Source of the DNA: Staphylococcus phage BSwM-KMM1
Length of the DNA stretch: 64,000 nt
Sequence record: OP902294.1
Reading direction: 5' to 3' (one strand)
Shown here one piece after another: positions 23,697 through 32,022 of this stretch. The translations under genes and the position numbers were made by a program. Within the stretch, counting starts at the first letter, position 1. Each line of letters opens with the position of its first letter. Below the pieces are notes generated by a model that had not been told where the DNA came from, did no database searches, and saw nothing but the letters and a program-made list of their open reading frames with translations.

Positions 23697-23936
23697 ATGA
23701 ATCAGTTTTTCACTTATACTGTGTATCATCAAGAATCAGGTAAAGTAGTAGCTAAGGATTTGTTTGATGCATCATTGGTGCACCTTATTAACAAGATGAT
23801 AGAGGAAGATATAGTTAAGGATATTAAGATGACAGATTATATGGATAATCCATTTGTAGTTTTAGATATGAGTAGACTACTGGATGATATAGAATCACAG
23901 GGTGTATTTTTATTTAAACGTAAGCTACATGGATAG
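23697..23936 (+). CDS. small protein, YTVYH paralog B
   Basis: MNQFFTYTVYHQESGK... Confidence 0.4.
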   Translation: MNQFFTYTVYHQESGKVVAKDLFDASLVHLINKMIEEDIVKDIKMTDYMDNPFVVLDMSRLLDDIESQGVFLFKRKLHG

Positions 23937-24504
23937 GAGGGGTAGGATGATAGTTATATATTCAGATGAAACAAAGGAATACTTAGTAAAGGAGTTCTTA
24001 CCTTGGCTTAATGAAAGGGATAGTAATATAGACTATTATGAAGTAAGTAATGAAGCGGTTGTAAATACTATCCATAGCGTACTCATGTATTACCAAACGC
24101 CAGACACTGTATTTATTAGTGCTAAATCGTTAAGGGATATGAGTCAAAATACTCCTGTAGTAGTACTTAATAATTCTATGTATATACTCTATAAGGATAG
24201 GACTTTAAGTAAGAATGATTTAGGGAGATAGTTAAGTTAAATGCTTGGGTGCATAATGCTAAGTAGCTCCCTTTGTTTTTAGGTTAGAATAATTAGTAAG
24301 TAGTTCCCCGGTAATTGACTAAGTAGCTCTCGATTTTTTGATATAGTTGTAAGTAGCTCTCGATTTTTTGATATAGTTGTAAGTAGCTCCCTAGTAATTC
24401 ACTAAGTAGCTCCCTAGGAATCCCCCTAGTCCCAACCGCTTCAAGCAGACTGCAAAAAGAATCCCCAGGAATTATATTCCCAGGGATTTCTATAATTTTT
24501 TTAT

Positions 24505-24758
24505 TTAATTAAGATATGTTTCAATATATTCTTCATAAATTGCACTTGCTAAATCATTGTACCCGTCTTTATTCTTTTCTTCTATTAACCAATTATAATC
24601 AACTGTTAAACTGAATAAATAATCTTTTTCATGAACATCAATTAAATTTCTTAATTCATTCTCAAAGATATTAACTTGATACACATAGTTTACTTTTTTA
24701 ATAGGTTGTGTACCTCTTTATTCAATTCTTCTTTAGTTCCCTCAAATTTAAATTCCAT
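24505..24758 (-). CDS. hypothetical protein (frameshifted at A-run ~24690)
   Basis: MEFKFEGTKEELNKEVHNLLKK / VNYVYQVNIFENELRNLIDVHEKDY...; divergent from the 25097 gene. Confidence 0.35.
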
Positions 24759-25096
24759 TGTTATCAATCCTTTTCATTTAGTTGTTAAGGTGTTTGATTA
24801 CCTTACAAATACTATTATATCAGATTGAGGATAAATTGCAATAGGTTTTTAAAACTTTTTAAATTCTTTTTCGTGTTGACTTGATCGACCTACAACAACT
24901 ATTTAATAGGCTTTTTGAATATGTTTTTTCTGTTTCTTCCATTATAAACAAAAAATAGGCTCATAAAACTTTTTAAAAGAATTTGTAAATATGTATTGAC
25001 TTATTAATCATATGGTAGTAATATAAAGGTACAGCAAGGGAACAGCAACAAGATATTAGAATTATATAAAAAATTATTTAATTGGAGTTGGTTTAA

Positions 25097-25405
25097 ATGG
25101 AAATAAAACAGATTGCAGATACTATCCAGGAACTATGGCAGATGGACGGATACAGATGTTCAGAACCTCCACTATATGAAAGCACAGTGAACCACACACG
25201 CACATACACGTCTCTAATCGTGAGCATTAAGGGAAACTATGAAACTGTTCAGATGTTCCGTAAAACGCCTATAATGAGCATGAGAAGGCAAGCACAACCG
25301 GCTACCATGTTAGTCAATGTAATTGACGATATTATTATTATCATTTATGAAAACACGGTTTATGGAGTGAAAGATAAAGAAATAAAATTTATTGAAGAAA
25401 TTTGA
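25097..25405 (+). CDS. hypothetical protein
   Basis: 102-aa ORF; promoter ttgacttattaatcatatggtagtaatat; RBS ggagttgg. Confidence 0.45.
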   Translation: MEIKQIADTIQELWQMDGYRCSEPPLYESTVNHTRTYTSLIVSIKGNYETVQMFRKTPIMSMRRQAQPATMLVNVIDDIIIIIYENTVYGVKDKEIKFIEEI

Positions 25406-25514
25406 AATTAGGGCTTGCAAAAGCCCTTAAGATGTAGTAATATAATAGATGTAAGGAACACAAGCACACGGAACAGAAATACTATAAAAAATTATAAGAT
25501 GGGAATTGATTAAT

Positions 25515-25802
25515 ATGACAAACAAAAATTATTTATACACAGAAACGCACACAGTACAAGGAAAAGAAATTGAAGCGTTCAGAATCCCGAACGATGTAAA
25601 CGGAAACCCACGTTACGTGGTGGACTTCTACGACCTCGGTATTGGTTTATGGGACTATGACAAAATCAATATGATGTACGGTTTTTGTAAATATCGTGCA
25701 AAATGGTTTGGCGGTGGTGTAGTATTCCAAAGCTATAATATTGAAGATACATTAAATTTTGCACTAGATAAAGTTAAAGAAATTGAAGCGGTTAAGAATT
25801 AA
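25515..25802 (+). CDS. hypothetical protein
   Basis: Start chosen by the conserved gggaattgattaatATG module; its stop lies inside terminator hairpin 25785-25811. Confidence 0.45.
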   Translation: MTNKNYLYTETHTVQGKEIEAFRIPNDVNGNPRYVVDFYDLGIGLWDYDKINMMYGFCKYRAKWFGGGVVFQSYNIEDTLNFALDKVKEIEAVKN

Positions 25803-25850
25803 AACCGCTTCAGATTTAAATAAAAAATTATATAAAAAGGATATGATATT

Positions 25851-26123
25851 ATGATACTAGAAATAGAAACTAAACCAGTTAAAACATTAAAAGCAATTAA
25901 AGACGATACTAGAAATATTAAAAATAGTATTGCAAGTCATTTAGGATTAGATAGGGAACAATTTAAATTATCCAATGGTTTAATAACTTTAAAAGGTTAT
26001 TCAGAAGAATTTAAATGTTGGTATAATTTAACTAGTACAATAGGTAATTTTCCTAAATATTTAAAATCAGAATCATACAATGAATATAAATTATATTGTA
26101 ATGTAGAATTAAAAACTAAATAA
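25851..26123 (+). CDS. hypothetical protein
   Basis: 90-aa ORF. Confidence 0.4.
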   Translation: MILEIETKPVKTLKAIKDDTRNIKNSIASHLGLDREQFKLSNGLITLKGYSEEFKCWYNLTSTIGNFPKYLKSESYNEYKLYCNVELKTK

Positions 26124-26231
26124 TTAAATAAAAAATTATAGAATTCCCTGGGATTAAATTCCTAGGGATTTTTATTTGTTTTAATTTATATAAAAAATTA
26201 TTTAATAAATAAATTAGTGTAAAATTGACTG

Positions 26232-26261
26232 TTGACAAGATGTAGTAAAAAATGGTATAAT
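26232..26261 (+). promoter_or_regulatory. consensus sigma-A-type promoter (TTGACA-18-TATAAT, TGn-extended) facing a convergent twin
   Basis: ttgacaagatgtagtaaaaaatggtataat; no ORF downstream. Confidence 0.6.
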
Positions 26262-26331
26262 GAAGTGAACGATAATTTTAGTATAAAAAATTATTATATA
26301 AAAAATTATATAAAAGATACCCATCACTTCA

Positions 26332-26360
26332 ATTATATCAAAATTGCCCCCACTTGTCAA
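26332..26360 (-). promoter_or_regulatory. perfect consensus promoter on the minus strand (TTGACA-17-TATAAT), convergent with 26232
   Basis: minus strand reads ttgacaagtgggggcaattttgatataat. Confidence 0.6.
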
Positions 26361-26394
26361 TACATAAATTAAAAATATTTTTAAAAATAATGCT

Positions 26395-26423
26395 TGACAA
26401 ACATTGAAAAATAGCGTATAATT
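26395..26423 (+). promoter_or_regulatory. consensus promoter (TTGACA-17-TATAAT)
   Basis: ttgacaaacattgaaaaatagcgtataat. Confidence 0.6.
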
Positions 26424-26564
26424 AAAGTGAGACGACTTTTTTATATATAAAAAGTTTTTGTATTCTTAAATTATTATATAAAAAATTTATATTAAATGAT
26501 TTTAGGTGGCTCTTTCCCGTTACCCCTCTTGGGCAACCCTGGTAGTTATCTTTACTACACTTAT

Positions 26565-26593
26565 AGTATATCAATAAATAGCAATAATGTCAA
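26565..26593 (-). promoter_or_regulatory. promoter on the minus strand (TTGACA-17-TATACT), convergent with 26395
   Basis: minus strand reads ttgacattattgctatttattgatatact. Confidence 0.5.
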
Positions 26594-26918
26594 TACTTTT
26601 ATTCAAAAAAGTTTTTTAAATTAATTTCAATAAACCTATTGACTTATGTTTCTTTCTATAGTAATATATAGGTATACCAACAAGGGAGGCAATACAAATG
26701 TTAAAATTTAAATGGAAAAACAAAACAATCAAATCAACTCAAAAAACGGATAACATTCTTTTACTTATTATAGGTGGTTTAGTTGCATCAATCACGCCTA
26801 AACTTGTAAATTGGTTTTTACTACTACAAGATAACATAAATATTTTTTAAGATAACTATTGACAACTTAGAAACAACGTGTTAATATTAATATATACCAA
26901 ATGAGAGGAATTGATGAA

Positions 26919-27131
26919 AATGAAAAAATTACATTTAACACACATAATGAGGAATTAAAACAATTGCTAGTGAAAGATAGTGACTTTCAAATATGGTTAG
27001 GCACTTCAGAAGATTTTGAAGACGTGAAAGACTTTGAGAGTAACTATAATAGTGAAGATGTTTATAGTTTAATAGACCATTTAGACTTAAGGGAGCTTAA
27101 GGAGGGTAAAAGTTTTTATGAAATTGTTTAA
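26919..27131 (+). CDS. small LTR protein (probable A-run indel at the start)
   Basis: The conserved gaggaattgatgaaaATG module places the start at 26919; the frame joins ORF 26901..27131 if one A is restored. Confidence 0.4.
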   Translation, partial: NEKITFNTHNEELKQLLVKDSDFQIWLGTSEDFEDVKDFESNYNSEDVYSLIDHLDLRELKEGKSFYEIV

Positions 27132-27203
27132 ATAACTATTGACAACTTAAGCACTACATGTTATTATTAAGATAACAAATAAAACAAAAAGGAATTGATA
27201 CAA

Positions 27204-27512
27204 ATGAAAAACTTACAAAATTTAAAATTTTACTCTTACAGTGGATTTGAAAGTCCGGAATTATTAGCAATCGGATTTGATAACTTGGTTAAAGATTTAT
27301 CAGTTGAAAGCAATTATCTAGGTGATGTTACAAATGACACTATAGATGACTTGACGGATTGGTTAGATATCTTTGATACTATTGAAGAAATGCAAGAACA
27401 TCATGAAAATGTAGTAAATGGAATTTGGATTAATCCAACATATGAAAATTTAAAAGATTTTAATTTATCGGTTGGACTTGATGAAAATGCTTATATAGAA
27501 AGTTTTAAATAA
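27204..27512 (+). CDS. small acidic LTR protein
   Basis: promoter ttgacaacttaagcactacatgttattat plus aaaaggaattgatacaaATG. Confidence 0.5.
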   Translation: MKNLQNLKFYSYSGFESPELLAIGFDNLVKDLSVESNYLGDVTNDTIDDLTDWLDIFDTIEEMQEHHENVVNGIWINPTYENLKDFNLSVGLDENAYIESFK

Positions 27513-27675
27513 CTGTTGACAACTTAAGCACTACATGGTATTATTAAGGTACAAGGTAAGGGAAGCGGTTGACCGCTTCCAACCTAAATAAAAAAGTTTT
27601 AAAAAAACTATTGACAATAACTTAGCCACATGATATAATGAACTTAACAAATTAAAAGAAAAGGAATTGATAATT

Positions 27676-27929
27676 ATGATTAACGCATACAATTTAGAAA
27701 GCATTTATAGTAACCAAAAAGTTTTTACGGTAAAGCTAGAGTAATAGAAATGGAAAACGGTTATAAAATTCTGACAAGCTATAACACTATTGTGAGTGAG
27801 ATTGATGAAAACAATAATATCGTATTTGTAAACTATCATTCACAAACTACTGCAAAGCACATAAACGAATTTTTAATGCAAAACGGTCATAATAAAATGA
27901 CTAAAAAGAAATTGAAAACTTTTAAATAA
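27676..27929 (+). CDS. small LTR protein (frameshifted at A-run ~27733)
   Basis: MINAYNLESIYSNQKVFTVKARVIEMENGYKIL... after restoring one A; aaaaggaattgataattATG start module. Confidence 0.4.
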
Positions 27930-28092
27930 GTGTTGACAACTTAAACAATACATGTTATTATTAAGATACAAGGTAAGGGAAGCGGTTGACCGCTTCCAAC
28001 CTAGTAAAAAAGTTTTAAAAAACTATTGACAAGTCACTTAGCCACATGATATACTTAGTATAACAAATCAAACAGAAAAGGAATTGATACAA

Positions 28093-28418
28093 ATGAAATT
28101 TATCAAAACTATTGAAAACTTATTGGAAAAAGCTGAAAACAAAGGGAAGCAATTTTAAATGGTCGTATGAATTTAGGTTGGGGAATGGTTGGAAGCCTAG
28201 AAGAAAAATATGCAATCGAGATTCAAGATAATAAATTGGTTATGCGTCATTGGGGAACAGAAACAATTGAGGTTGACTTGACAAGAAGTGAGATTGTTTC
28301 ATACTATGGAGAAAGCAATTCAGACCGTGATAGCTTAAACACGCTTGTATATTGCTTAGGGATTGCTCCAAACTTCCGTTACTTACCAAGCAAAAACTTA
28401 TTTATTTATGAAGATTAA
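28093..28418 (+). CDS. small LTR protein (frameshifted at G-run ~28152)
   Basis: The two ORFs join at aaaggg(g)aagc. Confidence 0.4.
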
Positions 28419-28515
28419 TTTTAAAATAGGGCTTGACTTCCAAGCCCTACCATGTTATTATTAAATTGTAAGGTAATCAAGCACAACGACAAAAAACGAA
28501 AAGGAATTGATGAAA

Positions 28516-28833
28516 ATGACAAAATTTAATGTAAATGTAATTGACGTAATGGTAACAGAATGGAACGAAGATTATCAAGATTGGTCGGGAGATAATTTTT
28601 CAAAACATGGTTTTGACTTAGGTGTAGCTAAATCTAATAAGCTTGACGATGTAATAACTACTATCAATACAATGTTTGACGTTAAAAAGGAACATGTAGA
28701 AATTAATGATAATGGTCATTTAATGTTTGCTATCCAAGAAGATGAAGAAGCTATGCAAGACGACAACGGTCATTACCTAGTCGATTATATTGTAGAAGTT
28801 GAAAAAGTTGAAAATGTAATGATTGAAGAATAA
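28516..28833 (+). CDS. small acidic LTR protein
   Basis: Hairpin-embedded promoter 28430-28462; aaaaggaattgatgaaaATG. Confidence 0.5.
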   Translation: MTKFNVNVIDVMVTEWNEDYQDWSGDNFSKHGFDLGVAKSNKLDDVITTINTMFDVKKEHVEINDNGHLMFAIQEDEEAMQDDNGHYLVDYIVEVEKVENVMIEE

Positions 28834-28919
28834 TTTTAAAATAGGGCTTGACTTCCAAGCCCTAGCATGTTATTATTAAGATAGTTAAAAAATACAAATC
28901 AGAAAAGGAATTGATGAAA

Positions 28920-29321
28920 ATGTTCAAATTAGAAAATAAAGTAGAAATTATCGTACCTAAGGAAGATAACAACGGTGTTGAGATTGACAACTTAGTAATT
29001 CGTGAATCATTAGAAAATATCACTAAAATATGTGGAGGTTGTACCACTACAGACGTTAAAGGTCAATGGTGGTCAGACAATGAACAACGTATAATGCAAG
29101 ACAATAACACTAACTTTGAATGGTACTATGACAAGGATATGGAGGACGTGAACGACCAACAAGGGCTATTGAAAGGCTTATCTACTATTACTAGAATTCT
29201 AATCACTGAGTACGGTCAAGAGGGTATCAGTATTAAAATTAATGGTACACTATATATCATTGATGAAAGTGATTTAAATTTCTTATCTTATGAATTATAT
29301 GACTTAATGTTTAAGAATTAA
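28920..29321 (+). CDS. small LTR protein
   Basis: Hairpin-embedded promoter 28845-28878; aaaaggaattgatgaaaATG; terminator at 29339-29381 follows. Confidence 0.5.
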   Translation: MFKLENKVEIIVPKEDNNGVEIDNLVIRESLENITKICGGCTTTDVKGQWWSDNEQRIMQDNNTNFEWYYDKDMEDVNDQQGLLKGLSTITRILITEYGQEGISIKINGTLYIIDESDLNFLSYELYDLMFKN

Positions 29322-29338
29322 ATAAAAAATTTATATAA

Positions 29339-29381
29339 ACCGCTTCTTATTTAATAATTTGAAGCGGTTATTTTCTTTTAA
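29339..29381 (+). terminator. rho-independent terminator
   Basis: aaccgcttcttatttaataatttgaagcggtt followed by attttctttt. Confidence 0.6.
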
Positions 29382-29391
29382 ATTAGGGCTT

Positions 29392-29420
29392 GACAAATGT
29401 ACGAAAAAATGAGATAATGA
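29392..29420 (+). promoter_or_regulatory. promoter (TTGACA-17-GATAAT) facing a convergent consensus promoter
   Basis: ttgacaaatgtacgaaaaaatgagataat; transcript would begin gaagtga... Confidence 0.55.
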
Positions 29421-29491
29421 AGTGATGACTTTTTTCGTATAAAAATAATATTATATAAAAAATTATAGAGTTTTTAGGGCTCCACCTCCAT

Positions 29492-29520
29492 TATACCAAT
29501 TTTGCTCCCACTTGTCAATA
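29492..29520 (-). promoter_or_regulatory. perfect consensus promoter on the minus strand (TTGACA-17-TATAAT)
   Basis: minus strand reads ttgacaagtgggagcaaaattggtataat, then ggaggtgga. Confidence 0.6.
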
Positions 29521-29553
29521 CTTAAATTAATTAAAAAGTTTATAAAAAGTGTT

Positions 29554-29582
29554 GACATTTCTTACAATCCATAGTATAATAT
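29554..29582 (+). promoter_or_regulatory. perfect consensus promoter (TTGACA-17-TATAAT); drives ~85 nt of G-rich noncoding RNA
   Basis: ttgacatttcttacaatccatagtataat. Confidence 0.6.
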
Positions 29583-29667
29583 AGATATAAGGTTAAGGAG
29601 CCCAAGACCAAAGAAGGGGTTTCGGGGGAGTACGTCCTTTTTTAAAAAAATAACCGTCCACCTCCAT

Positions 29668-29696
29668 TATATAATAATTCCTACATATTGTCAATA
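29668..29696 (-). promoter_or_regulatory. perfect consensus promoter on the minus strand, convergent with 29554
   Basis: minus strand reads ttgacaatatgtaggaattattatataat, then ggaggtggacgg. Confidence 0.6.
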
Positions 29697-29889
29697 ACTT
29701 TCTTCAAAATAATTTATTTAAAAAGTTTCATAAATCTATTGACTTTTATATCATTATACTGTAATATATAGAGTGTAGTAAGGAAGCGGTCAAAACATCA
29801 AATAAAAAAACTTTTAAAAAGGTGTTGACAACCTTCCAAATACATGTTATTATTAAGATAACAAATAAAACAAAAAGGAATTGATAATT

Positions 29890-30111
29890 ATGAACAGATT
29901 AGAAATAGTAAAAGACACGGCAATGGAATACATCATTATGATGGACAACGGAGTTATGGACGGACAATTGACACAAGAGGAATACAACGAAGCGGTTAGC
30001 TTTGAGAAGGTTTACGATTACACTTTATCAGAAGCAAATCAAGAATGTAAATTCTTAGGCGGTAAAATTTTAAATTTCTTAGTACATGAAGCAATTGAAG
30101 AATACGCATAA
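29890..30111 (+). CDS. small LTR protein
   Basis: promoter ttgacaaccttccaaatacatgttattat; aaaaggaattgataattATG. Confidence 0.5.
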   Translation: MNRLEIVKDTAMEYIIMMDNGVMDGQLTQEEYNEAVSFEKVYDYTLSEANQECKFLGGKILNFLVHEAIEEYA

Positions 30112-30356
30112 AAACTTAATCAAAGGGGTTGACATCCAACCCCTACCATGTTATTATTAAGATAGTTAGAAAAGGGAGGAAATAAAAAATGGCAAATTCA
30201 AACTTAGGCAACATTCAAAAAATGGCGGACAAATTCATGCCCCTGCAGGTTGGAAACCAGGCAAGAAAACAAGCAAAAAGAAATAAAAAACTTAACAGAG
30301 GCGGTTGACAAACTAACCGCTCCATGGTAATATTAAACTATACTAAAGAAAAGGAA

Positions 30357-30530
30357 ATGATGACAATGACAAAAACAATCAAACAATTAGAAAGCCAACT
30401 TGAAAGACTAGAAAGAAAATCAGATGAGGAATTAGCAAACGGATACTATGAAGCCTTTGAAAGAACATGTGCTCAGATTAGAGAAATAGACCTACAAATC
30501 GAATTAAAAAAGAATTCAGAAACTGTTTAA
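30357..30530 (+). CDS. small coiled-coil LTR protein
   Basis: Hairpin-embedded promoter 30301-30335; TKTIKQLESQLERLERKSDEEL. Confidence 0.45.
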   Translation: MMTMTKTIKQLESQLERLERKSDEELANGYYEAFERTCAQIREIDLQIELKKNSETV

Positions 30531-30609
30531 AAAAATCTAAATAAGGGGTTGACACTTAACCCCTTAGATGTTATTATTAATATATACTAAAGAAAAGGAA
30601 TTGATAAAA

Positions 30610-30846
30610 ATGAAATTATTAAACCAAGAAAACCAAATCGTAATTAGCATAGCAACATTAGAGAGCGTAAAGCACGCCCTAATTTGGGAGTATATCGACC
30701 ACATAGACTATAACATTTGGGACAATCAACTTGATGACACAGAAGCGGTTGTATCGATTTCAGAGACCCTGCAATCAATCAAATTTGCGGAGACTATGGA
30801 AGACCTGCAGGAATACATTGCAGACATCAACTGGAAATTAGTTTAA
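30610..30846 (+). CDS. small LTR protein
   Basis: Hairpin-embedded promoter 30548-30580; aaaaggaattgataaaaATG. Confidence 0.5.
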   Translation: MKLLNQENQIVISIATLESVKHALIWEYIDHIDYNIWDNQLDDTEAVVSISETLQSIKFAETMEDLQEYIADINWKLV

Positions 30847-30928
30847 TCATTGTTAGAACTACCAGGGCTCACCTGGTGGCTCTATAGAGTGATTAACTCA
30901 CTACTAAACTGAAAAGGAATTGATTATA

Positions 30929-31417
30929 ATGACAAACACAATAAAAGGATTTTTACAAACAGAGGAAGCAAGCACAGTTAAGGACGTAGCAACTCACGGA
31001 GTACAAAGCGGAGCAATCGGCAGATTAATATATACATCAGACGTTGTTAACTTCTATGATAGATACTACTTAGACATTGAAGAAACTATTTTAAACATGA
31101 TTGAATCACAAACAGGAGAGGAATATTATTCAATCGAGAATGTGGAAGCTATGGCACAGTTAAATGAAATTGTTAATACTGAAGTTATCCAATTTACAAC
31201 TTATGAAGAAATGGATGAACTTTTAGATGAAAAAGCAAAAGATAATGTGATTGCAGAAATTGGGAAATTATCATTTGATAATCTTGACGATGAAGAACAA
31301 GAGGAACTTATTTGGGAAGCTAAAGACTTAGTTGATGTACTACCAACTACTCAAGACGTAACAAACTTTGTTAACTTAGCAGTTGAGATTGTAGCACAGG
31401 AATTAGCAAACATTTAA
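30929..31417 (+). CDS. acidic LTR protein (163 aa)
   Basis: aaaaggaattgattataATG start module. Confidence 0.5.
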   Translation: MTNTIKGFLQTEEASTVKDVATHGVQSGAIGRLIYTSDVVNFYDRYYLDIEETILNMIESQTGEEYYSIENVEAMAQLNEIVNTEVIQFTTYEEMDELLDEKAKDNVIAEIGKLSFDNLDDEEQEELIWEAKDLVDVLPTTQDVTNFVNLAVEIVAQELANI

Positions 31418-31486
31418 GACCCTGCAGGAAGCACACAGAGACACACAGAGAAGCTTATCCGCTTCTCTAATACAATTAATCAGGAG

Positions 31487-31938
31487 ATGTCGAAGATGAA
31501 CACAAGAAGGGTAAACAAAGCGTTAAATGAAGCAGTTAGATTATTAGACAAGCAAATAGCAGACACACAGAAGACAATGCAGGAGCTAAACAAACAACTG
31601 GAACAACAAATAAAGGCTAAGCAGGAGCTAATGACATTAGTGGATGCTATGACTGGTGATGATGAGTAATGAACATTAAAGAGGCTCATAATGTCGTTAG
31701 GAGTGCAAAGACCAAACTCCTGCAGGAGCAGGAGAACATATCAAATCATGTTATTGAAGACTACATCACAGAGGAGCTACACAGACGCACGCAGGGAAGC
31801 GGAACAATACAGATGAACAATAATACTCCTGCATATACCAATGACTCATATGGTAGCTTAAAAGAGCTTAGAGAAGCTTATGACCTATCTTCATTGTCTA
31901 CTGGTGAGATTAAAGAACTGCTTGAAACATTTGTTTAA
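31487..31938 (+). CDS. two coupled small LTR ORFs (31487..31669 and 31669..31938)
   Basis: ATGA overlap at 31666-31669; coiled-coil composition. Confidence 0.4.
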
Positions 31939-32022
31939 ATTTATTTATCAAAACACTTTACAACTATTTAATTTGTATGTTATAATGAACTTAACAAATT
32001 AAAAGAAAAGGAAATGATAAAC

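Noticed and set aside
24459-26175. IR-flanked 1.7 kb segment as an IS element or transposon
   Set aside because: No transposase or recombinase ORF lies inside or nearby, and there are no target-site duplications. It is kept only as a possible invertible or regulatory unit.
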